From Occultella glacieicola (GTDB lineage: Bacteria > Actinomycetota > Actinomycetes > Actinomycetales > Beutenbergiaceae): a stretch of 64,000 nucleotides of DNA. How positions within the stretch are numbered: position 1 is the stretch's first letter; each line of letters starts with the position of its first letter. Location of the stretch: contig NZ_SMNA01000003.1 of the NCBI RefSeq assembly GCF_004353825.1, forward strand, positions 62,001 to 126,000, read 5' to 3'. The notes under the pieces were generated by a model. The model searched no databases and had not been told where the DNA came from. It was given only the letters and a program-made list of their open reading frames with translations. A program made the position numbers and the translations under genes. This document shows, one piece after another, positions 25,633 through 34,123 of the stretch.

Positions 25633-28600
25633 TTGGACCCTGCCTTGACCCTGTTGGCCGCCGACCGGGCGCCCCTGCCACGCACCCTGGTGGACATCTT
25701 CAGCGACGTCGTCGCCCGGCACCCGGACGCGCCCGCGATCGACAACGGCGCCGAGATGCTCACCTACGCCGATCTCAGTGACGAGGCCGCGACGATCGCC
25801 GAGGTCCTCGCCCAGGCGGGCGTCGGCCGGGGGGACCGCGTCGGCGTGCGGATCACGTCCGGCACCACCGACCTGTACGCCGCGATCCTGGGGATCCTGT
25901 TCGCCGGCGCCGCGTACGTGCCGGTCGACGCCGACGACCCGGAGGAGCGGGCCCGGACCGTCTTCACCGAGGCCGGCGTGGCCGCGGTGATCGGCGACGA
26001 CCTCGTCGTGACCGCGCAGCGAACCGGCGACGGGCCGGTCGAGGTCTCGGGCCCCGAGCTGACCGACGACGCCTGGATCATCTTCACGTCCGGGTCCACC
26101 GGCACCCCGAAGGGCGTGGCCGTCTCGCACCGCAGCGCCGCCGCGTTCGTGGATGCCGAGGCGGACCTGTTCCTGCGGGCCGACCCCCTGCGCCCCGGCG
26201 ACCGGGTGATGGCCGGGCTGTCCGTCGCGTTCGATGCCTCGTGCGAGGAGATGTGGCTCGCCTGGCGGTACGGCGCCTGCCTGGTACCGGCGCCACGGTC
26301 CCTGGTCCGCAGCGGCATGGACCTCGGGCCGTGGCTGGTGGCGAACCGGATCACCGTGGTGTCCACGGTGCCGACCCTGGTCTCGCTGTGGCCGCCGCAG
26401 GCGCTCGACGACGTCCGGCTCCTCATCCTCGGCGGCGAGGCGTGCCCGCCCGAGCTCGGGGCCCGGTACGCGACCGCCACCCGGGAGGTCTGGAACACGT
26501 ACGGGCCGACGGAGGCGACCGTGGTCTCGTGCGCCGCGCGGCTGACCGGGCAGCCGCCGGTGCGGATCGGACTGCCGCTCGCGGGCTGGGACCTCGCCGT
26601 GGTCGACGACCGGGGGATGCCGGTGCCCGCGGGCGGCACCGGGGAGCTCATCATCGGCGGGGTCGGCCTGGCGCGCTACCTCGACGAGGCCAAGGACGCC
26701 GAGAAGTACGCCCCGATGCCCACGCTCGGGTGGGAACGGGCCTACCGCAGCGGCGACCTGGTCACCCACGAGGAGGAGGGCCTGCTGTTCGCGGGCCGCA
26801 TCGACGACCAGATCAAGCTCGGTGGACGGCGCATCGAACTCGGCGAGATCGATGCGGCGCTGCTGGACCTGCCCGGCGTGAACGGGGCCGCCGCGGCCGT
26901 GCGCTCCACCTCGTCAGGGAACCAGTTGCTCGTCGGCTACCTCACCGTCGACCCTGGCTTCGACGTTCAGGCGGCGCTGGCCCGGCTCCGCGAGAGCATG
27001 CCGGCCGCCCTGGTCCCGCGGCTCGCCCCGGTGGAGACCCTGCCCACCCGCACCTCCGGCAAGATCGACCGGGACGCCCTGCCGTGGCCGGTCCCGACCG
27101 CAACCCCGACGGCGGCCGAACGGTCCGCACTGGCCGGCACCGGTGCGTGGGTCGCCGGGCTCTGGGCGGAGATCCTCGCCGTCGAAGCCTCCGGCCCGGG
27201 CGACGACTTCTTCGACCTCGGCGGCGCCAGCCTCACCGCCGCCCAGCTCGTCGCCCGGCTGCGCGATCGCTACCCCGAGGTGACCGTTGCGGACGTCTAC
27301 GAGCAGCCGACCATCGGTGCGCTGGCCGCCTACCTCGACGACCTGGCGGCCCCCACCTCCCGCACGAACGAACCGGTGCACCCGGTGCCGGTGAAGACCC
27401 AGGTGGGGCAGGTGCTGGCCACGTTCGCGCTGCGCACCCTCGGCGGGATGCGCTGGCTCACCTGGATCGCGGCCGCCAACAACCTCGCCGCGACCGCCCT
27501 GGACCTGGCCTGGCTGCCGACGCTGTCCTGGTGGTGGGTGCTGGCCGGATGGGTCCTGTTCCTGAGCCCGCCCGGTCGGATCCTGCTCACCGCCGCGCTC
27601 GCCCGGATCATCCTGCGCGGCCTCACCCCGGGCACCTATCCACGTGGTGGCAAGGTGCACCTGCGGCTCTGGCTCGCCGAGCGGGTGGCGGAGGAGATCG
27701 GCGTGCTCAACCTCTCCGGCGCCCCGCTGATGACGTGGTACGCCCGGACCCTGGGCGCCACCGTCGAGCGGGGCGTGGACCTGCACACGATCCCGCCGAT
27801 CACCGGGATGCTGACGCTGCGCAGGGAGTCCTCGGTCGAGGCCGAGGTTGACCTGAACGGGTACTGGCTCGACGGTCACACCCTGCACCTGGGCCGGATC
27901 GAGGTGGGGCCCCAGGCCCGGATCGGGGCCCGGAGCATGCTGCTGCCGGGCACCGTGGTCGGCGCCCGTGCGGAGATCGGCGCCGGCTCACTGGTCTCCG
28001 GCGAGGTCCCGGCTGGCGAGGAGTGGTCCGGCTCCCCCGCCACCCACCGCCGGAAGGCGCGCGGCCCCTGGGGGGACCAGCAGCCCCGCCGGCACCGGGG
28101 CTGGCAGTTCGCGTACGGCCTCACCGCCGTCCTGCTCGCCGCCCTGCCGATGGCCGCCGTCGGCGTCGCGATCGCGGTCGTCGCCCCCGCGTTGCGCGGT
28201 GCACCGACCCTCGCCGAGGCCGCCCTGACCGCGCTGGCCTGGCTGCCGCCGGCCACGCTCGCCGGCCTGGTCTCGCTCGCCCTGCTGGTGCTGGTCGCGG
28301 TCCGGGCATTCTCGATCCGGCTCGACCCCGGCCCGCACCCCGTCCATGGGCGGGTCGCGTGGCAGGTGTGGAGCACGCTGCGGGTGTTGGACGAGGCACG
28401 CACCTGGCTGTTTCCACTGTATGCGAGCTGGCTGACGCCCACCTGGCTGCGACTCCTGGGGGCCCGGATCGGCAAGGACGTGGAGGCCTCCACGGTGTTG
28501 CTGGTCCCGTCGCTGACCACCGTGGCCGACGGCGCGTTCCTCGCCGATGACACGCTGCTCGGCGGTTACGAGCTCGGCGGCGGGTGGCTGCGCGCGGAGC

Positions 28601-29505
28601 ACGTGAAGATCGGCAAACGCGCGTTCGTCGGGAACTCCGGGATGACGGCGCCCGGCCGGAAGGTCCCCAAGCGGGGTCTGGTCGCGGTGCTGTCCGCCGC
28701 ACCGCGCCGCACCAAGGCCAAGTCCGGCACGTCCTGGCTGGGCAGCCCGCCCACGAAGCTGCGCCGGGCCGCTGCCGAGGGCGGCGAGGAACGCACGTAC
28801 GCCCCGCCGACGCGACTGCGGGTGGCGCGGGCCCTGGTGGAGGTGTGCCGGGTGGTCCCGGTGATGGTCGCGGCCGCGATCGGGCTGGGTGTGGTGGTGG
28901 CCGTGCAGGCCCTCGCGTTGTCCGTCCGGTGGCTGCCGGCGGCCGGAACCGGGGTGGTCCTGATCCTCGGCGGCGCCGTGGCCGCCGGCGTGACCGTGGC
29001 CGCCAAGTGGTTGCTGATCGGTCGGGTCCGGGTGGGCGACCATCCGCTGTGGAGCACGTTCGTGTGGCGCAACGAGCTCGCCGACACGTTCACCGAGGTG
29101 GTCGCCGCACCGTGGTTCGCCCGGGCCACCCTGGGCACCCCGGTGCTGAACCTCTGGCTGCGGCTGCTCGGCGCGAAGGTGGGCCGCGGCGTCTGGTGCG
29201 AGAGCTACTGGCTGCCCGAGATGGACCTGGTCGAGCTGCGTGACGGGGTCACCGTGAACCCCGGCTGCGTGGTGCAGACCCACCTGTTCCACGACCGGGT
29301 GCTCTCCCTCGAGCAGGTCAGCCTCCGCGCGGGTGCCACGCTCGGGACCCACAGCGTGATCCTGCCGTCGGCGACGCTCGGCCGGCACGCTACCGTGGGA
29401 CCGATGTCTCTGGTGATGCGCGGCGAGTCGGTGCCGGACAAGACCCGCTGGGTCGGCAACCCGATCGGGCCGTGGGACGAGGAGAACGTGCGGGTGGCCG
29501 GGTGA
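25633..29505 (+). CDS. Pls/PosA-family single-module membrane NRPS (poly-amino-acid synthetase-like)
   Basis: A domain FTSGSTGTPKG, FDASCEEMW, NTYGPTE, YRSGD, SGKIDR; T domain FFDLGGASL; then TM pairs alternating with hexapeptide-repeat domains (LGARIG, QTHLFHDR). Start codon uncertain. Confidence 0.92.
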   Translation: MDPALTLLAADRAPLPRTLVDIFSDVVARHPDAPAIDNGAEMLTYADLSDEAATIAEVLAQAGVGRGDRVGVRITSGTTDLYAAILGILFAGAAYVPVDADDPEERARTVFTEAGVAAVIGDDLVVTAQRTGDGPVEVSGPELTDDAWIIFTSGSTGTPKGVAVSHRSAAAFVDAEADLFLRADPLRPGDRVMAGLSVAFDASCEEMWLAWRYGACLVPAPRSLVRSGMDLGPWLVANRITVVSTVPTLVSLWPPQALDDVRLLILGGEACPPELGARYATATREVWNTYGPTEATVVSCAARLTGQPPVRIGLPLAGWDLAVVDDRGMPVPAGGTGELIIGGVGLARYLDEAKDAEKYAPMPTLGWERAYRSGDLVTHEEEGLLFAGRIDDQIKLGGRRIELGEIDAALLDLPGVNGAAAAVRSTSSGNQLLVGYLTVDPGFDVQAALARLRESMPAALVPRLAPVETLPTRTSGKIDRDALPWPVPTATPTAAERSALAGTGAWVAGLWAEILAVEASGPGDDFFDLGGASLTAAQLVARLRDRYPEVTVADVYEQPTIGALAAYLDDLAAPTSRTNEPVHPVPVKTQVGQVLATFALRTLGGMRWLTWIAAANNLAATALDLAWLPTLSWWWVLAGWVLFLSPPGRILLTAALARIILRGLTPGTYPRGGKVHLRLWLAERVAEEIGVLNLSGAPLMTWYARTLGATVERGVDLHTIPPITGMLTLRRESSVEAEVDLNGYWLDGHTLHLGRIEVGPQARIGARSMLLPGTVVGARAEIGAGSLVSGEVPAGEEWSGSPATHRRKARGPWGDQQPRRHRGWQFAYGLTAVLLAALPMAAVGVAIAVVAPALRGAPTLAEAALTALAWLPPATLAGLVSLALLVLVAVRAFSIRLDPGPHPVHGRVAWQVWSTLRVLDEARTWLFPLYASWLTPTWLRLLGARIGKDVEASTVLLVPSLTTVADGAFLADDTLLGGYELGGGWLRAEHVKIGKRAFVGNSGMTAPGRKVPKRGLVAVLSAAPRRTKAKSGTSWLGSPPTKLRRAAAEGGEERTYAPPTRLRVARALVEVCRVVPVMVAAAIGLGVVVAVQALALSVRWLPAAGTGVVLILGGAVAAGVTVAAKWLLIGRVRVGDHPLWSTFVWRNELADTFTEVVAAPWFARATLGTPVLNLWLRLLGAKVGRGVWCESYWLPEMDLVELRDGVTVNPGCVVQTHLFHDRVLSLEQVSLRAGATLGTHSVILPSATLGRHATVGPMSLVMRGESVPDKTRWVGNPIGPWDEENVRVAG

Positions 29506-30842
29506 GCGCACCACCGGGCGCCGACCCCTACGTACCCGGGCACGGCGACACCTCCTATTCGGTGCACGCCTACCAGATCGAGATCGACTACCGGCCCGGC
29601 GTGCACCACCTGGACGGCACCGCCGTCATCAACGCCGTCGCCCAGCAGGACCTGACCAGGTTCGCCCTCGACCTGCACGCTCTCCGGGTCACGAAGGTGC
29701 GTCTGGACGGCACCAGCGCGAAGTACACCCACCGCGGCGGCCGGCTCGTCGTCAAGCCGCGCGATCCGATCACGGCGGGCACCGCCTTCGTGGTGACGGT
29801 CTGCTACGACGGCCCACCGGAGACGGTGCCGGGCATCGACGGCGAGGCCGGTTTCGAGGAGCTCGAGGACGGAGCGATCGTCGCCTCCCAGCCGCACGGG
29901 GCGCCGTCGTGGTTCCCGTGCAACGACCGCCCCTCGGACAAGGCGAGCTACACGATCACGGTGACCGCGCCGAACGAGTACGTGGTGGTCGCCAACGGCA
30001 CCCTGACCGGCAACCGCCGCCGGTCCAGCCGTACCACCTGGACGTTCGAGGCGCCGGAGCCGATGGCCACGTACCTGGCCACGGTGCAGATCGGGCGGTA
30101 CACCCTCAAGGACGACGGCGGGTCCCCGGCCCTGCGGGTCGCGCAACCGGTCGGGTCGAACGGCCGGGTGAAGGCAACGTTCGCGCGCCAGCGGGAGATG
30201 CTCGCGCTGTTCGAGCGCCTCTACGGCCCCTACCCGTTCTCCTGCGGCTACACCGTGGTGGTCACCCCGGACGATCTGGAGATCCCGCTCGAGGCGCAGG
30301 GCCTGTCCATCTTCGGCACGAACCACCTGAGCACCGACTGGGAGACTCAACGCCTCGTCGCCCACGAGATGTCGCACCAGTGGTTCGGGAACAGCCTCAC
30401 GCTGATGAACTGGAGCGACATCTGGCTCCACGAGGGCTTCGCCTGCTACAGCGAGTGGTTGTGGTCGGAGGCCGGCGGCGGCCCGACGGCGGCCGAGCAC
30501 GCGGCCCGGCAGGCGAAGCGGCTCGCCGGCCTCGACCAGGATCTGGTGCTCGCCGACCCGGGCCCGGAGCTGATGTTCGACGACAGGATCTACAAGCGCG
30601 GCGCACTCCTCCTGCACGCGCTGCGGCTACGTGTCGGCGACGGGCCGTTCTTCGACCTGCTGCGGACCTGGGCCACCGCCAACCGGCACGGCGGCGTGAC
30701 CACGCGGATGTTCACGGACCTCGCCGAGGAGCTCGCTGGCGTGGACCTGGAGGAGTTCTTCACAGCCTGGCTCCGGAGCAAGCCGCTGCCAGGACTCGAC
30801 GAACCCGACCGAGCCCGACGCAAGGGTGACCGGCCTGCCTGA
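29502..30842 (+). CDS. M1-family Zn aminopeptidase
   Basis: WFPCND, PMATYL, HEMSHQW-x-WLHEGFA (HExxH..E), YKRGA; GTGA overlap with the NRPS stop. Confidence 0.92.
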   Translation: MSAPPGADPYVPGHGDTSYSVHAYQIEIDYRPGVHHLDGTAVINAVAQQDLTRFALDLHALRVTKVRLDGTSAKYTHRGGRLVVKPRDPITAGTAFVVTVCYDGPPETVPGIDGEAGFEELEDGAIVASQPHGAPSWFPCNDRPSDKASYTITVTAPNEYVVVANGTLTGNRRRSSRTTWTFEAPEPMATYLATVQIGRYTLKDDGGSPALRVAQPVGSNGRVKATFARQREMLALFERLYGPYPFSCGYTVVVTPDDLEIPLEAQGLSIFGTNHLSTDWETQRLVAHEMSHQWFGNSLTLMNWSDIWLHEGFACYSEWLWSEAGGGPTAAEHAARQAKRLAGLDQDLVLADPGPELMFDDRIYKRGALLLHALRLRVGDGPFFDLLRTWATANRHGGVTTRMFTDLAEELAGVDLEEFFTAWLRSKPLPGLDEPDRARRKGDRPA

Positions 30843-30916
30843 GCCGCGCCGAGCGCCCAGCGCGGGACGCTACGATGCACCCTTCACGGTGACTACGGGG
30901 CCACGAGGGGCGGCGG

Positions 30917-33900
30917 ATGCAGCGTTACACCTACGCGCTGCGGCGTACACGTGCCCGGTCCGCGATCGTGGCGGTCCTGCTCCTGATGGCCACGCTGGTC
31001 ACGGCGGCACTGGCCGGAACGGTGACCTACCTCGACACCGCGTCCGCTGCGGCGGTCCGGACCGTCCTGGCCGACGCCGGCGGTGCCCGGTCGACCGCCA
31101 CGGTGCAGACGCGCCTCGACGGCGACGGGGTCGACCAGGACACGGCCGCACGTGCGGTGATCGCGGCGGAACTGCCCGACGACGCACTCGTCTGGCGCAC
31201 CCTGCGTACCGTCGGGGTTCCGGTCGCCTCGGGTGCGACGTCCGACGGCACCGGCGCGGACGCCGACCCGGCCGGCGGTTCCGAAGCGACCCTCGTGCTG
31301 GGCGTCGACGAGTCGATCACCGATTTCGCGGACCTGACCGAGGGCGCGTGGCCGACCGAACCCACCGAGGCTGCGCTGCAGGCGGACGCCGCCGAGGTCC
31401 TCGGTCTCGAGGTCGGCGACGTGATCGGCCTCGGCGTCGAGGATGCCCAGGCCTCCCTGACGCTCGTGGGAACGTGGCGGGCCACCGATCCGGAGCACCC
31501 GCACTGGTCCGGCGAGGCACTCGCTGCCGGCGGCACCGACCCGATCACCGGTGAGTTCGGTCCCTTGATCGTCACGACGCCGGCTCTCGACCAGCTCGGC
31601 TCCGTGCCACACGTCCGGTGGACCATCACGCCTCCCCCGACCGTGACCGATGCGGACCTGCCGGGGTGGCGCACGGGTCTGGCCGGGCTCGAGCAGGCCA
31701 TGAACGACGCGGGGGTGGACGTCCGCGGGCTCACGGTGACCGGTGGGCTGGCGAGCACGCTCGACGACGCCGCGTCCGGCCTCGCCGCTGTGGACGCGGC
31801 GACCACGATCCCGCTGGTGATCGTCGCCCTCGTCTCGCTCGTGGCCGTCTGGCAGATCGCCCGGCTCCTCGCCGCCCTGCGTGAGCGCGAGACCCGGGTG
31901 CTGCGCTCGCGTGGAGCGGCGAACGACCAGATGATCAGGATGAGCGCGGCCGAGGCCGCGCTCCTGGCCGTGCCCGGCGCGGCGCTCGGCGCCGTGATCG
32001 TGCTGCTGTCCTTCGGACCTCGCGCGGGGGCACGCCCGCTCGCGATCGTGGCCATCGCAGCGGCGGTCGCGCTGGTCACGGCGCTGATCCTGACCGGGGT
32101 GGGCACCATTGCGGCCCTGCGTGGCCTGCGGCCGACCTCGGAGAGCGGCCGTTCCTCGACCATCATGGCCGGCGGCGCGCTGGTGCTGGTAGTACTCGCC
32201 GCGGCGTTCACGCTGTGGCGCTTCACCCTGAACGGTTCGCCGCTCGTGCCGGGCACGGCCGTCCCGGATCCACTCGCCGTGGTCGGCCCCGCGCTCGGAC
32301 TGCTCGCGGTCGCGCTCATCGCGGTGGCGCTGGCCGGGCCGGTCACGGCGTGGCTCGCCTCCCGGGCGGCACGCGGCCGCTCCTACTCCCCCGCGATGCC
32401 GCTGCGTCAGACGGCCCGGCGGATCGCCCTGAACGCGGTCCCGGTGATCCTCGTGGTGCTCGCTACCGCGATCACCACCCTCGCGGCCGGGTACGCGGGC
32501 ACCTGGACGCAACTTCGAACGATGTCCGCCCAGGTGGGCAACGGCGCGGACGTCCGGGTGACCTACGACTCCCGGGTGGCGGGGGCGAGCCCGCGGGGGG
32601 TGAACTCCTACGTGGACCTGCCCGACGTCGTCGGGGCGACCGGGGTGCTGCAGACCTCGATGCGTCAGGAGGAACTCGACGGGCAGCTCACGGTGATGCC
32701 GGCCGCCGACCTCGGCGTGGGCTCGGCCCCGAGCACGGTCCTGGACCCGGCCGCCGTGGCCGACCTCCTCGGCGCGGACCCCGACGTGCTGAGCGGACCA
32801 GAGGTGCCGGCGGGCGCCGCCGAACTGTCACTGACCACCACAGTGGCGGCCCGGTCCAGCGACCTCAGCGACCGACCGAGCCGACAGGTCCAGTTCGCCC
32901 TGTGGCTGTTCGACGGTGTCGAACTCGTGCGCCTGCAGTCCGACGTGACGATCGCGCGCGCCGAGGGTGCCTTCGAGTTCAACGAGGAGAACCAGAGCGC
33001 ACAGATCGTCACGGTCCCCGGACAGGGCGATCCCGTGACCACCACCACGACCCTCGTGGTGCCGGCGGGCTCCTGGCGTCTGGTGGCCGTCGACGCCGTC
33101 ATCGACTCCGGATGGGTCGTCACCGACTACGACCTCGCCGTGGACTCTCTCACGGCGGAGGGCATCGACCTGCTCGCCGACGTCGGTGCGGACTGGACCC
33201 CGGACACCCTCCCGCTGGCTGATCCGACCTCCACGATCACCCCCGGCGACGACGGTGTCCTGTCCGCCTCGGTGCTGAGCATCGGGCCCGAGATCGGCTT
33301 CGCCGGGCGCACGCAGCGCGCCGAACCGGTCCGGTTCATGCCGGCGGTCACCGAGCGGCCCACCCTGCCGGTCGTCACCACGCCCACCTGGGAGGGACTG
33401 ATCCTGCCCGGCGGCACCGATGTGCTGGTGAACGGCGTCACGGTGCGCATGGAGGCCGCGGGCGAGGTTGCTGTCGTGCCTGGCAACTCGAACCCGGCGG
33501 CGGCCCTGGCGGACCTGCCCACGTTCACGGGCTTGATGCTGCGGTCCACCGAGAACGTGCCGGCGATCACCGAGATCTGGATGGACGCGGAACCCGGAGC
33601 GGCGGCCGAGGTGGCGACGGCGGCTGGTGCGGTCGCCGACGCACGCGCCGAGGTGCAGCTGGGCTCCGACGGCTCCGCCGATCCGATCGCCGCGCCCGCG
33701 CGCACCGTGTACTGGGTGGCCGCGGTGTGCGCGCTGCTGCTGGCGATCCCGGCGGTCGCAGCTGTCGCGCTGACCCAGGCCGCAGCTCGCCGGGGTGAGG
33801 TGGTGGTGCTGCGCGCCGTCGGGGTCGGGTCGGGTCAGCAAGCCAGGTCACGACGTCAGGAACTGCTGGGACTCGAACTCGGCGCCGTCCTGGCCGGCAT

Positions 33901-34123
33901 CGCGGCCGGGGTCGGCGTCTCGTGGCTCGTCATGGTGGACCTGGTCCGCTCGACCACGCCCCAGATCTCCGAGGCGGTGCCGCTCGGGCTCCGATTCGAC
34001 CTGCCGCTCGGCCTCGCCCTGCTCGGCGTGATCGTCGCGACCGTGGCCGGCGTGGCGTTCTGGTACGGCCGCCGCGTGCGAGCCCAGGCCCTCGACACGA
34101 CGTGGCGGGAGGAGATCCGATGA
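30917..34123 (+). CDS. FtsX/MacB-like ABC permease
   Basis: Two extracytoplasmic domains each followed by TM blocks; RERETRVLRSRGA and RRGEVVVLRAVG. Confidence 0.85.
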   Translation: MQRYTYALRRTRARSAIVAVLLLMATLVTAALAGTVTYLDTASAAAVRTVLADAGGARSTATVQTRLDGDGVDQDTAARAVIAAELPDDALVWRTLRTVGVPVASGATSDGTGADADPAGGSEATLVLGVDESITDFADLTEGAWPTEPTEAALQADAAEVLGLEVGDVIGLGVEDAQASLTLVGTWRATDPEHPHWSGEALAAGGTDPITGEFGPLIVTTPALDQLGSVPHVRWTITPPPTVTDADLPGWRTGLAGLEQAMNDAGVDVRGLTVTGGLASTLDDAASGLAAVDAATTIPLVIVALVSLVAVWQIARLLAALRERETRVLRSRGAANDQMIRMSAAEAALLAVPGAALGAVIVLLSFGPRAGARPLAIVAIAAAVALVTALILTGVGTIAALRGLRPTSESGRSSTIMAGGALVLVVLAAAFTLWRFTLNGSPLVPGTAVPDPLAVVGPALGLLAVALIAVALAGPVTAWLASRAARGRSYSPAMPLRQTARRIALNAVPVILVVLATAITTLAAGYAGTWTQLRTMSAQVGNGADVRVTYDSRVAGASPRGVNSYVDLPDVVGATGVLQTSMRQEELDGQLTVMPAADLGVGSAPSTVLDPAAVADLLGADPDVLSGPEVPAGAAELSLTTTVAARSSDLSDRPSRQVQFALWLFDGVELVRLQSDVTIARAEGAFEFNEENQSAQIVTVPGQGDPVTTTTTLVVPAGSWRLVAVDAVIDSGWVVTDYDLAVDSLTAEGIDLLADVGADWTPDTLPLADPTSTITPGDDGVLSASVLSIGPEIGFAGRTQRAEPVRFMPAVTERPTLPVVTTPTWEGLILPGGTDVLVNGVTVRMEAAGEVAVVPGNSNPAAALADLPTFTGLMLRSTENVPAITEIWMDAEPGAAAEVATAAGAVADARAEVQLGSDGSADPIAAPARTVYWVAAVCALLLAIPAVAAVALTQAAARRGEVVVLRAVGVGSGQQARSRRQELLGLELGAVLAGIAAGVGVSWLVMVDLVRSTTPQISEAVPLGLRFDLPLGLALLGVIVATVAGVAFWYGRRVRAQALDTTWREEIR

